Assembly (NCBI GenBank): GCA_964597445.1
Contig: CAZQXO010000001.1
Span: 148,658-190,165 of the forward strand
DNA length: 41,508 bases
Reading direction: 5' to 3'
Origin: an uncultured Bifidobacteriaceae bacterium
GTDB lineage: Bacteria; Actinomycetota; Actinomycetes; S36-B12
How positions within the stretch are numbered: the stretch's first letter is position 1; each line of letters opens with the position of its first letter. Of the stretch, positions 1-10,957 are shown piece by piece. The notes under the pieces are model-generated. The model had not been told where the DNA came from and did no database searches. It was given only the letters and a program-made list of their open reading frames with translations. A program made the position numbers and the translations under genes.

Positions 1-15
1 ACCCGAAGCCTCTGA

Positions 16-106
16 CCGGATCGCTCCGCACGCTACGCTCCCGCCCCCGGATCGCTCCGCACGCTACGCTCCCGCCCCCGGATCGCTCCGCACGCTACGC
101 TCCCGC
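16..106. repeat. Perfect tandem repeat, 31-bp unit CCGGATCGCTCCGCACGCTACGCTCCCGCCC, about 2.9 copies
   Basis: Copies start at 16, 47 and 78; the third is truncated at 106 and contains the last three codons and stop (95-97) of the ABC transporter gene. Confidence 0.95.
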
Positions 107-1960
107 GAACTGCGTCCTGTGCAGGTCCGCATACAGCCCCTCCATCGCCACGAGCTCCGCGTGCGTTCCTCGCTGCACCACGCGCCCGCCGTCGAGAACG
201 ATGATCTGGTCGGCCCGCTGGATCGTGCTCAGCCGGTGCGCGATGACGATGGATGTCCGCCCGACGAGTGCCTCGTCCAGCGCGGCCTGCACCGCCGCCT
301 CGCTCTCACTGTCGAGATGAGCGGTCGCCTCATCGAGCACGACGACACGCGGCGCCTTCAGAAGCAGTCGCGCCAAGGCGATGCGCTGCTTCTCACCGCC
401 GGAGAGCCGATGGCCGCGGTCACCCACCACGGTGTCGAAGCCTTCAGGGAGCTGATCGATCAGCGACAGGATGTGAGCCCCGGCGCAGGCCTCGCGCAAC
501 TGCTCCTCGGTCGCCTCGGGTCGCGCATAGAGGAGGTTCGCCCGGATGGTGTCGTGGAAGAGGTGAGCATCCTGCGTGACGACACCCACGCTGTCCCTCA
601 ACGAGGCCAGCGTCACGTCGCGAACATCGACACCTCCGAGCCGCACCGAGCCCTCCGTCGGGTCGTACAGCCGGGTGATCAGGCCCGTGACGGTCGTCTT
701 CCCGGCTCCCGAAGGTCCCACGAGCGCCGTGAGCGTCCCCGCGGGAACGTCAAAGGAGACATGGGACAACACGTCTCCCACCTCAGCCTCCGGCATATCC
801 CGTGCCACGGACTCCAGCGACGCGAGGGACACCTCCGAGGGCAATGGGTAGTGGAAGCTGACATCGTCGAAGCGCAGGTCGAGACCGCCGCTCGGAAGGG
901 GTTTCGCATCAGGCCTCTCGGCCACCATCGGCGTGAGGTCCAGCACCTCGAAGACGCGCTCGAAGCTCACCAGCGCGGTCATGACATCGACGCGCACGTT
1001 CGACAGGGCGGTGAGCGGCCCGTAGAGCTGGGCGAGCAGGCCGATGAGAGCCAGCAGGGTGCCGATCGTGAGCGCACCCGACACCACGAGATTGCCGCCG
1101 AGGCCGTAGACGATCGCCGTGGCCAGGGAGCCGACGAGCGCGAGAGCCGTGAAGAACCATCGGTTCGCCATCGCCATACGTATGCCGATGTCACGGACCC
1201 GTGCTGCCTTGGATGAGAAACCAGCTGCCTCGGCATCGGGCCTGCCGAACAGCGTCACCAGGAGGGCGCCGGCGACGTTGAAGCGCTCGGTCATCTGATT
1301 GCTCATGTCGGAGTTCAGCGTCATCTGCTCCCGCGTCAACCCTTGCAGGCGCCGCCCCATCCATCGGGCCGGGAGGAGGAATACCGGGACGAGCAGCAGC
1401 GACACGACCGTGACCTGCCAGGACAGTGCGAACATCGCGACCAGCACGATCGTCGCCGAGATGAGGTTTCCCAGCACCCCTCCGATGGTGGACGTGAAGG
1501 CTCGCTGAGCACCGATCACATCGTTGTTGAGTCGTGAGATGAGGGCACCCGTCTGGGCTCGTGTGAAGAAGGCGATCGACTGCCGTTGGACGTGGTCGTA
1601 GACCTGCGTACGGAGATCGAAGATGAGCCCCTCGCCGATCTTCGAGGAGAACCAGCGGGCCACCAGGCCCAGTGCCGCATCGACGATCGCCAGGAGACCC
1701 ATGAGGAGAGCCGTCTGGGTCACGATGCTGGCATTGCCCTGTGTGATGCCGTCATCGACAAGCCGCGGTACCAGAAGCGGCTGGGCCACGCTGAGAAGCG
1801 AGACGAGGACCAGCGTGATGAGGAAGAGGACGATGATCCCCCGGTAGCGGGACGCGTATCCCAGGATTCGCCGGACCAGCACGCGATTGAGTTCCCGCGT
1901 CGACACGTTTCGATCCCGGGTCATCGATTGGTACGTGAACCACACGTGCTCCATCGACAT
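95..1960 (-). CDS. ABC exporter, fused transmembrane and ATPase domains (MsbA/MdlB-like)
   Basis: N-terminal TM helices; Walker A GPSGAGKT, signature LSGGEKQR, Walker B VVVLDEAT, H-loop IAHRLS; start moved to ATG 1960 (MSMEHVW) after GAGGGAGG, 1 nt from the upstream stop. Confidence 0.92.
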   Translation of the reverse strand: MSMEHVWFTYQSMTRDRNVSTRELNRVLVRRILGYASRYRGIIVLFLITLVLVSLLSVAQPLLVPRLVDDGITQGNASIVTQTALLMGLLAIVDAALGLVARWFSSKIGEGLIFDLRTQVYDHVQRQSIAFFTRAQTGALISRLNNDVIGAQRAFTSTIGGVLGNLISATIVLVAMFALSWQVTVVSLLLVPVFLLPARWMGRRLQGLTREQMTLNSDMSNQMTERFNVAGALLVTLFGRPDAEAAGFSSKAARVRDIGIRMAMANRWFFTALALVGSLATAIVYGLGGNLVVSGALTIGTLLALIGLLAQLYGPLTALSNVRVDVMTALVSFERVFEVLDLTPMVAERPDAKPLPSGGLDLRFDDVSFHYPLPSEVSLASLESVARDMPEAEVGDVLSHVSFDVPAGTLTALVGPSGAGKTTVTGLITRLYDPTEGSVRLGGVDVRDVTLASLRDSVGVVTQDAHLFHDTIRANLLYARPEATEEQLREACAGAHILSLIDQLPEGFDTVVGDRGHRLSGGEKQRIALARLLLKAPRVVVLDEATAHLDSESEAAVQAALDEALVGRTSIVIAHRLSTIQRADQIIVLDGGRVVQRGTHAELVAMEGLYADLHRTQFAGA

Positions 1961-1961
1961 G

Positions 1962-2750
1962 TCAGCCCTCCCTCGACTGCGATCCGAGGAGCCGGGCGAG
2001 TGAGCGCATCCGACGGATCTGTGCTGCACGCTCGCGAGCGGGCTGGTCGGTCGCCGTCGCCGCTCCCTGGAGCAGGTGCTTGAGCTCACCGACCGCGTCC
2101 GGGAGCGCGGCATGCATGGGCTGCACCAGCGAATCGACCACACCATCCCATGACTCCTGCGGTGCCTGCGCCACCGCGATCCCCGAGGCAACGGCCTCGT
2201 CCGCGCCGACGAAGCGGCCCGAGGCGCAGATCTCCAAGGCCCGGGAGTAGCCGACGCGATCCACGAGCGGACGCGTCCCTCCCAGGTCCGGAACCAGCCC
2301 CAGGGATGTTTCGCGCATGGCCAGTTGAGCATCCGGCGCCACCACCATGAGGTCGCACGCCAGCGCCAGCTGGAAGCCCGCCCCCACAGCGTGACCCTGA
2401 ACGAGGGCGATGGTCACCTGAGGCACCTCCTGCCACCACAGGAAAGCCTCCTGCGCCTGCCGGATGAACCCGTCGATCGCCGCATCCTCCATCGTCGCCA
2501 GGCTCAGGAGGGACTCCTCCCCCGACACGCCCTCCGGAGTCAGCATCCGACGGTCGAGTCCCGCCGAGAAGCTAGGGCCCTCTGCGCGCAGCACGATGGT
2601 GCGGATGTCCGGCGTGAGCTCACCTCGGACACCGGCCAATCGACGCCACGTTGCCGGTGTCTGCGCGTTGCGGTGTGCCGGACTGGCAAGGATGACGTCC
2701 AGGATCGCGCCCCTCTGCTGCACACGGACACCGTCCACGACCTCGTTCAT
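1962..2750 (-). CDS. Enoyl-CoA hydratase/isomerase (crotonase) family protein
   Basis: FSAGLD oxyanion-hole motif, TIALVQGHAVGAGFQLALACD, ETSLGLVPDLGG; GGGAGG RBS. Confidence 0.9.
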   Translation of the reverse strand: MNEVVDGVRVQQRGAILDVILASPAHRNAQTPATWRRLAGVRGELTPDIRTIVLRAEGPSFSAGLDRRMLTPEGVSGEESLLSLATMEDAAIDGFIRQAQEAFLWWQEVPQVTIALVQGHAVGAGFQLALACDLMVVAPDAQLAMRETSLGLVPDLGGTRPLVDRVGYSRALEICASGRFVGADEAVASGIAVAQAPQESWDGVVDSLVQPMHAALPDAVGELKHLLQGAATATDQPARERAAQIRRMRSLARLLGSQSREG

Positions 2751-2766
2751 GCCTGCCTCCCTCGCC

Positions 2767-4365
2767 TCATGCCAACTCCACCAGATCGCGGTAGCTGTCG
2801 CTCCAGAGATCCTCGTCGCCGTCGGGCAGGATCAGCACGCGCTCCGGACCGAGTGCGCTGACGGCACCCGGATCATGCGTGACCAGCACGACGGCGCCCT
2901 CGTATCGCGCGAGCGCACCGAGAACCTCCTCGCGGCTCGCCGGATCGAGGTTGTTCGTGGGCTCATCCAGCAGGAGGACGTTGGCACCCGACACGACCAG
3001 GCAGGCCAGGGCAAGACGCGTCTTCTCCCCGCCCGACAGCACCCCTGTGGGCTTGAGGACGTCATCCCCCTGGAACAGGAAGGAGCCGAGGATGGTGCGC
3101 TGACGGGTGTCGTCCAGATGCGGAGAGGCCGCCGCCATGGTTTCGAGCACGGTCGCCGTCGGATCCAGGGTCTCGTGCTCCTGGGCGTAGTAGCCGATGA
3201 CCGCGCCATGACCGGGTGTCACCTCGCCCGTGTCGGGCTGGTCGACTCCCGCGAGGATCCGCAGGAGAGTGGTCTTGCCGGCGCCGTTGAGCCCGATGAT
3301 GACCACCCGCGTTCCACGATCGATCGCGAGGTCGACGTCCGTGAAGACCTCCAAGGATCCATAGGAGCGCGAGAGCCCCGACGCCGTCAGCGGTACCCGC
3401 CCACAGGGCTTGGGCTCCGGGAAACGCAGCGCCGCGACCTTGTCACTGCGCCGGACCTCCTCCTGGGAACCCAGGATGCGGTCTGCGCGCTTGAGCATCG
3501 ACTGGGCTGCCTTGGCCTTCGTCGCCTTGGCACGCATGCGCTCCGCCTGACTGCGCAGGGCATCAGCCTGCTGCTCGGCATTGCGCCGCTCGCGCCGCCG
3601 ACGCCTCTCGTCGGCTTCCCTCGCCGTGAGGTAGGCCTTCCACCCCATGGCGTAGACATCGATCTCGCGACGATTCGCGTCCAGGTGCCAGACCTTGTTC
3701 ACCGTGTCCTCGAGCAGGTCCGTGTCGTGGCTGATGACGATGAAGCCGCCGTCGTAGGTCGAGAGAAACGACCGCAGCCAGCGGACCGAGTCCGCATCGA
3801 GGTGGTTCGTCGGCTCGTCCAGCAGGAGGATGTCGGCGCCGCCGAAGAGGATGCGTGCGAGCTCCACTCGGCGACGCTGGCCTCCCGAGAGAGTCCCCAG
3901 AGGCTGCAGGAGAACACGTTCTGGGAGACCGACACTCGCCGCGATCGCTGCCGCCTGAGACTCGGCGGCGTACCCTCCCAAGGCCTCGAACTGGGCCTCG
4001 GCGCGTGCATAGCGGGCGATGACGCGCTCCCGCTCCACCTCGTCCTCGGTCGCCATGGCCATGCTGGCCTCGTGCATCCGCCGCACCACATCATGGAGCC
4101 CACGCGCCGCAAGGATCCGGTCGCGGGCGATCTCCTCCGGGTCTCCCGAGCGGGGATCCTGGGGCAGATAGCCGACCGTTCCCGAGGCCTGGACCGAGCC
4201 CGCCGCGGGCAGGCTCTCCCCGGCAAGGATCCGGGTCAGGGTCGTCTTGCCCGCCCCATTGCGACCCACGAGCCCGATGCGATCGCCCTTCGCGATCCTC
4301 AGGCTTGCCCCCTCCACGAGCAGGCTCGATCCGGCTCGCACATCGAGCCCGGTGGTGGAGATCAT
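2767..4365 (-). CDS. ABC-F family ATPase (two NBDs, no TM domain)
   Basis: GRNGAGKT and GLNGAGKT Walker A, LSGGQ and LSGGE signatures, LLLDEPTN twice, charged helical inter-domain linker. Confidence 0.93.
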   Translation of the reverse strand: MISTTGLDVRAGSSLLVEGASLRIAKGDRIGLVGRNGAGKTTLTRILAGESLPAAGSVQASGTVGYLPQDPRSGDPEEIARDRILAARGLHDVVRRMHEASMAMATEDEVERERVIARYARAEAQFEALGGYAAESQAAAIAASVGLPERVLLQPLGTLSGGQRRRVELARILFGGADILLLDEPTNHLDADSVRWLRSFLSTYDGGFIVISHDTDLLEDTVNKVWHLDANRREIDVYAMGWKAYLTAREADERRRRRERRNAEQQADALRSQAERMRAKATKAKAAQSMLKRADRILGSQEEVRRSDKVAALRFPEPKPCGRVPLTASGLSRSYGSLEVFTDVDLAIDRGTRVVIIGLNGAGKTTLLRILAGVDQPDTGEVTPGHGAVIGYYAQEHETLDPTATVLETMAAASPHLDDTRQRTILGSFLFQGDDVLKPTGVLSGGEKTRLALACLVVSGANVLLLDEPTNNLDPASREEVLGALARYEGAVVLVTHDPGAVSALGPERVLILPDGDEDLWSDSYRDLVELA

Positions 4366-4374
4366 GGTGCCGCC

Positions 4375-4380
4375 AGTCTA
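4375..4380 (-). promoter_or_regulatory. Candidate -10 element (TAGACT) for the ABC-F gene
   Basis: TANNNT hexamer 9 nt upstream of ATG 4365, no SD in between. Confidence 0.45.
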
Positions 4381-4402
4381 GGCGTGCCGCCCACCGTCCT
4401 AG

Positions 4403-4420
4403 GCCGCCCCTCAGGGCGGC
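4403..4420 (-). terminator. Possible GC hairpin at the end of the suf operon
   Basis: GCCGCCC-N4-GGGCGGC, 15 nt past the sufT stop; no U-tract. Confidence 0.3.
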
Positions 4421-4435
4421 TTGGAGCACCATCGG

Positions 4436-4750
4436 TCAGACGTTGAACCCCAGCGCTCGGAGCATGTCGCGGCCGTCGTCGGTGATCTTGTCGGGGCCCC
4501 ACGGCGGCATCCACACCCAGTTGATGCGGAAGTCGTCCACGACCTCAGAGAGAGCGGATCGAGTCTGATCCTCGATGACGTCCGTGAGCGGGCACGCCGC
4601 ACTCGTCAACGTCATGTCGACCGTGGCGATGTTGGCGTCATCGATCGTGACCCCGTAGACCAGACCGAGGTCCACCACGTTGATCCCCAGTTCGGGATCC
4701 ACGACATCCTTCATCGCCTCGATGACGTCGTCCTCGGTTGCCGCTCCCAT
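4436..4750 (-). CDS. sufT: Fe-S assembly factor SufT (DUF59/PaaD-like)
   Basis: DPELGINVVDLGL and TLTSAACP motifs; ATG overlaps the sufU stop (TGATG). Confidence 0.9.
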   Translation of the reverse strand: MGAATEDDVIEAMKDVVDPELGINVVDLGLVYGVTIDDANIATVDMTLTSAACPLTDVIEDQTRSALSEVVDDFRINWVWMPPWGPDKITDDGRDMLRALGFNV

Positions 4751-5202
4751 CACCGCTCCTCCTCGCTCGAGATTCCCGCCTTGACCTGTGCATCCTGCAG
4801 CGCCATCCACGGCAGGAGCGCGCACTTGATGCGCGCCGGGTACTTGGCCACCCCGACGAAAGCCACGCCATCGCCCAGCACGTCCTCATCCGGCTCAGCC
4901 GCGCCCTTGCTGTGCATGAGCTCCACGAAGGCGTGCCGCACCTGGTTGGCGGTCGCGAGATCCGCACCCTCGACCATCTCCGACATGACGCTCGCCGACG
5001 CCTGGGAGATCGAGCAGCCCTGGCCGTCGTAGCCCACGTGCAGTCTCCCCTCGGCATCACGCGAGACCTGCACCGTCACCTCGTCTCCGCAGGTCGGGTT
5101 CACCTGATGGGACTGTCCCTGCCACTCCTCGAGCGGCTGGCGGCCACGAGGGTTCTTGTAGTGGTCCAGGATGATGTCCTGGTACATGGACTCGACGTTC
5201 AC
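4750..5202 (-). CDS. sufU: SUF sulfur-transfer protein SufU
   Basis: YQDIILDHYKNP, NPTCGD, GCSISQAS, RIKCA; GTG start 1 nt after the sufS stop. Confidence 0.93.
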   Translation of the reverse strand: MNVESMYQDIILDHYKNPRGRQPLEEWQGQSHQVNPTCGDEVTVQVSRDAEGRLHVGYDGQGCSISQASASVMSEMVEGADLATANQVRHAFVELMHSKGAAEPDEDVLGDGVAFVGVAKYPARIKCALLPWMALQDAQVKAGISSEEER

Positions 5203-5203
5203 A

Positions 5204-7248
<2,045 letters not shown>

Positions 7249-7250
7249 GG

Positions 7251-7592
7251 TCAGACCTTCTCTCGTAGGACAGGAGTGGGATCGATCTCGATCACGGCGC
7301 TGGCGTCATCGCCGACGATCCGTGTGGCGTAGGTCGCCACCGGCCGGATGGCAGGCGGCGTCAGGGGTTCCCCCGTGCGGAGGTCGAACGCCGAGCCGTG
7401 GAGCCAGCACTCCAGCGTGCAGCCCTCGACGTCACCCTCCGACAGCGCAACATCCGCATGGGAGCAGCGGTCCTCGATGGCGAAGACCTCGTCGTCGACA
7501 CGGACAACTGCGACCGGCATGTCGTCAACCATGACCCGCGTGGCCCGCCCCGACGGGACATCCGCCAGCGCGCACACGGGACGGAAGGTCAC
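7251..7592 (-). CDS. Rieske-type [2Fe-2S] ferredoxin of the suf operon
   Basis: CSH...CWLH Rieske ligands; GTG overlaps the sufD stop (GTGA). Confidence 0.92.
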   Translation of the reverse strand: MTFRPVCALADVPSGRATRVMVDDMPVAVVRVDDEVFAIEDRCSHADVALSEGDVEGCTLECWLHGSAFDLRTGEPLTPPAIRPVATYATRIVGDDASAVIEIDPTPVLREKV

Positions 7593-8728
7593 GGGGTCTC
7601 CTCGAGAACAGACTCGAGCTCCGGCTCCATGCCGAGCCGCTCGGCGATCCGGGTCAGAACCGCGTCGCGCCACTCGAGGCTCCCCAGCCTCGCCAGGACG
7701 TCCACGAAGAAGCCGCGGACGACGAGTTGGCGCGCCACCGACTGAGGTATACCCCGCGCCTGGAGGTAGAACAGCTGCTCATCGTCGAACCGGCCAGTGG
7801 CGCTCGCGTGCCCCGCGCTGAGAACGTCGCCGGTCTCGAGCTCGAGGTTCGGCACGGAATCCGCGCGCGCACCATGGTCGAGGACGAGGTTGCGGTTCAT
7901 CTCATAGGTGTCCGTGCCGACCGCATCCCGGCGCACGACGACGTCACCGACCCACACGGTGTGCGTGGACTCCCCGCTGAGGGCACCCTTGTAGGCCACG
8001 GAGCTCGTGCAGTGCGGGACCGTGTGCTCGACGAGAATCCGATGCTCCATGTACTGCCCCGCATCAGCCAGGAACGCACCGAGCAGCGTCGCCGATCCGC
8101 CGGGTCCTGCGTACGACACCGAGGGGAGGATCCGCACGACCGCTCCCCCGAGCGTCACCGTGGACCCCACGAAGCTCGCGTCCCGACCCACCTGTGTCGG
8201 CCACTGCCAGAGCTGCACGTGGTCCGCCGGGCCATCCATGACGGACAGCATCGTGAGCGATGCTCCGTCCCCCACCCGCGTGACGAGGTTGCCCGCGATA
8301 TCCGCGTGCGCATCATGGAGCACCACCACAGTCGCCTTCGCGTGACGACCGATGCGGACGTCGACATGCGCGAACGCCGTGGCTCCGTCGGCCTTGAGCC
8401 GCAGCACGATCGGCTCCGTGACCTCGACCTCGTCGGGAACATCCACGCGCACCGTGCTCCGAGCGCTCGCCCAGGCCACGACCGACGCACGATCCGTCGG
8501 GAGCCAGTGCCCGGCATCGGCAGCGTCGAAGTCACGAATGCTCACGTAGGGCGCGCCCTCGGCCGTCACTGAACCCGATCGGTCCGCGGGCTCGAGGAGA
8601 TGGGACATGCGCGCTACGGGGGCGAAACGCCACTCCTCCTCCCGCCCGCCCGGAACCGGGAAGTCCGCGATGTTGCCCGAGGACAGCCGAGGAACCAGAT
8701 CAGTCGGGGGTGATTCCAGGACCGTCAC
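7589..8728 (-). CDS. sufD: Fe-S assembly protein SufD
   Basis: [30 protein letters not shown]; follows sufB. Confidence 0.93.
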   Translation of the reverse strand: MTVLESPPTDLVPRLSSGNIADFPVPGGREEEWRFAPVARMSHLLEPADRSGSVTAEGAPYVSIRDFDAADAGHWLPTDRASVVAWASARSTVRVDVPDEVEVTEPIVLRLKADGATAFAHVDVRIGRHAKATVVVLHDAHADIAGNLVTRVGDGASLTMLSVMDGPADHVQLWQWPTQVGRDASFVGSTVTLGGAVVRILPSVSYAGPGGSATLLGAFLADAGQYMEHRILVEHTVPHCTSSVAYKGALSGESTHTVWVGDVVVRRDAVGTDTYEMNRNLVLDHGARADSVPNLELETGDVLSAGHASATGRFDDEQLFYLQARGIPQSVARQLVVRGFFVDVLARLGSLEWRDAVLTRIAERLGMEPELESVLEETP

Positions 8729-10146
8729 CCGACAGCCCCTTCCATCTGCAGCTCGATGAGGCGGTTCAGCTCGAGTGCGTACTCCATGGGCAGTTCGCGC
8801 GCAATCGGCTCGATGAAGCCACGCACGATCATCGCCATCGCCTCGTCCTCGGTCATGCCCCGCGACATGAGGTAGAAGAGCTGGTCCTCGCTCACCTTCG
8901 ACACCGTCGCCTCATGACCCATGGCCACATCGTCATCCCGCACATCCACATACGGGTAGGTGTCGGAACGCGAGAGGTCATCCACCAGCAGCGCGTCGCA
9001 CTTGACCGTGCTCTTCGAACCGTGGGCTCCCTCCTGGATCTGCACCAGACCGCGGTACGACGTGCGTCCACCCCCACGGGCCACGGACTTGGAGATGATG
9101 TTGGAGGACGTGTTCGGTGCCGCGTGGACCATCTTGGCGCCGGCATCCTGATGCTGGCCCGCACCGGCGAAGGCGATCGAGAGGGTCTCACCCTTCGCGT
9201 GCTCGCCCGTCATCCACACGGCGGGGTACTTCATGGTGACCTTGGAACCCAGGTTGCCGTCGACCCACTCCATGGTGGCGCCCTCATGGGCCACGGCGCG
9301 CTTGGTCACCAGGTTGTAGACATTGGTCGACCAGTTCTGGATGGTGGTGTAGCGACAACGACCACCGCGCTTCACCACGATCTCCACCACCGCCGAGTGG
9401 AGGGAGTCGGTCGAGTAGATGGGCGCTGTGCAACCCTCGACGTAGTGCACGTATGCGTCCTCGTCGATGATCATCAGGGTTCGCTCGAACTGCCCCATGT
9501 TCTCCGTGTTGATGCGGAAATAGGCCTGCAGGGGGATGTCGACGTGCACCCCCTTGGGAACGTAGATGAAGGATCCACCCGACCAGACCGCCGTATTGAG
9601 GGCCGCGAACTTGTTGTCGCCCACGGGGATGACGGTGCCGAAGTACTCCCGGAAGAGATCCTCGTGCTCGCGGAGACCCGTGTCCGTGTCGAGGAAGATG
9701 ACGCCCTGCTCCTCGAGATCCTCGCGGATCTTGTGGTAGACGACCTCAGACTCGTACTGCGCCGCAACACCGGCGATGAGGCGCTGCTTCTCCGCCTCCG
9801 GGATGCCGAGCCGGTCGTATGTGTTCTTGATGTCGTCGGGAAGCTCATCCCACGAGGTGGCCTGCTTCTCGGTCGACCTGACGAAGTACTTGATGGTGTC
9901 GAAGTCGATGCCGTTCAGGTCAGAGCCCCAGTTCGGCATGGGCTTCCGCTCGAACAGGCGCAGGCCCTTCAGCCGGAGATCGAGCATCCATTCCGGCTCG
10001 TTCTTCTTGGCCGAGATATCGCGCACGACGTCCTCGTTCAGACCGCGTCGGGCCGTGGCACCGGCATCATCGGCGTCGTGCCAGCCGTACTCATAGCGCC
10101 CCAGCTCGTCGATCGTTGCTGCGGTGTCCTGGGCTGCAGTGCTCAT
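8725..10146 (-). CDS. sufB: Fe-S assembly scaffold SufB
   Basis: [29 protein letters not shown]; start moved to ATG 10146 overlapping the sufR stop; no intein visible. Confidence 0.96.
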   Translation of the reverse strand: MSTAAQDTAATIDELGRYEYGWHDADDAGATARRGLNEDVVRDISAKKNEPEWMLDLRLKGLRLFERKPMPNWGSDLNGIDFDTIKYFVRSTEKQATSWDELPDDIKNTYDRLGIPEAEKQRLIAGVAAQYESEVVYHKIREDLEEQGVIFLDTDTGLREHEDLFREYFGTVIPVGDNKFAALNTAVWSGGSFIYVPKGVHVDIPLQAYFRINTENMGQFERTLMIIDEDAYVHYVEGCTAPIYSTDSLHSAVVEIVVKRGGRCRYTTIQNWSTNVYNLVTKRAVAHEGATMEWVDGNLGSKVTMKYPAVWMTGEHAKGETLSIAFAGAGQHQDAGAKMVHAAPNTSSNIISKSVARGGGRTSYRGLVQIQEGAHGSKSTVKCDALLVDDLSRSDTYPYVDVRDDDVAMGHEATVSKVSEDQLFYLMSRGMTEDEAMAMIVRGFIEPIARELPMEYALELNRLIELQMEGAVG

Positions 10147-10889
10147 GCCATGGCCTTTCGTGAGGAGGAGCGTGAGGTCGAGCGAGGAGCAGGTCGTGCG
10201 GGTGACGAGACGTGGTCGCGCAAGGCGCGCTCGCTCGGTGACGCTGTGACGTCCCCCACGGGCATCAGCGGGATGACGGCCGTGCAGACCTCGTCTCCGT
10301 GCGCCAGCGTCGCGAGGCGGGTGACATGCCGATCGAGCACACGCGCCAGTTCGGCCGTCTCGGCCTCGCACAGGATGGGGAACTCGCGAGCCGCATCGAC
10401 CACGGGGCAGCTGTGCTGGCACAGCTGCACGGCGATGTCGCCGAGGGGTTGCACCTCGGCGGCGTATCCCGCGGATGTCAGCACCTCCGCCAGTTCCTCG
10501 GGCGTGCATCCGTCGGCTCCGGCGACCTCCGCCGCGAGGTTGCGTGCCCGGTGCGCGGCGAACCCGGCCACCGCCTCCGCCCCGAACTCCGCAGCGAGGT
10601 ACCGCAGGGCTGACAGGGCAAGGTCGTCGTAGGACGAACCGCAGGCCGAACGCCCCTGGTCCGTCAGCGTGAAGACACTCCCCGGACGCCCGCGCCCGCG
10701 CTTGGGCGCCGGACCGTAGGGAGCACGTTCCTGGGAGGACACCAGACCGAGGTCGGCCAAGGCCGCGAGGTGGCGCCGGATCCCGGACGGGGTCAGCCCG
10801 AGGAGGTCTGCGAGCTCCGCGACCGTCTGAGGGCCGTGCGTCAGGAGAGCACGTGCCACGCGCTCAGAAGCCTCGCCCGGGAATTTCAC
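10143..10889 (-). CDS. sufR: Fe-S-sensing transcriptional repressor SufR
   Basis: N-terminal winged HTH ([22 protein letters not shown]); C-terminal CQHSCPV...LCEAE...CT cysteines; first gene of the suf operon. Confidence 0.9.
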   Translation of the reverse strand: MKFPGEASERVARALLTHGPQTVAELADLLGLTPSGIRRHLAALADLGLVSSQERAPYGPAPKRGRGRPGSVFTLTDQGRSACGSSYDDLALSALRYLAAEFGAEAVAGFAAHRARNLAAEVAGADGCTPEELAEVLTSAGYAAEVQPLGDIAVQLCQHSCPVVDAAREFPILCEAETAELARVLDRHVTRLATLAHGDEVCTAVIPLMPVGDVTASPSERALRDHVSSPARPAPRSTSRSSSRKAMA

Positions 10890-10912
10890 AACCCTATTGT
10901 TGCGTAATTCCC
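10879..10912. promoter_or_regulatory. Imperfect palindrome with CAAC-N6-GTTG core, probable SufR operator overlapping the sufR start
   Basis: GGGAATTtCaCAAC-cctatt-GTTGcGtAATTCCC; 12 of 14 arm positions pair; AT-rich in a GC-rich context. Confidence 0.7.
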
Positions 10913-10940
10913 CGGGCGTGCAACCCGGGGCACGCCCGGG
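10911..10940. repeat. Perfect 11-bp inverted repeat in the divergent promoter region
   Basis: CCCGGGCGTGC (10911-10921) and GCACGCCCGGG (10930-10940), 8-nt loop. Confidence 0.8.
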
Positions 10941-10945
10941 CCCCC

Positions 10946-10951
10946 TATGCT
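10946..10951 (+). promoter_or_regulatory. Candidate -10 element (TATGCT) for a leaderless ABC ATPase transcript
   Basis: TANNNT 6 nt before GTG 10958, no SD. Confidence 0.55.
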
Positions 10952-10957
10952 CCCCTC

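Noticed and set aside
16-106. 31-bp repeats as a CRISPR array
   Set aside because: The units are directly adjacent with no spacers, and there are no cas genes
1961-2332. N-terminal extensions in the ORF track (ABC exporter, sufT, sufU, sufB, ctaB, zwf, pgl, secG, gap, whiA, yvcK, rapZ, TerC, rpsA)
   Set aside because: Most overlap neighbouring genes or promoter regions; downstream starts fit the RBS, overlap and family N-termini better
8725-10146. Intein in SufB
   Set aside because: The 473-aa length and continuous motifs leave no room for an insertion
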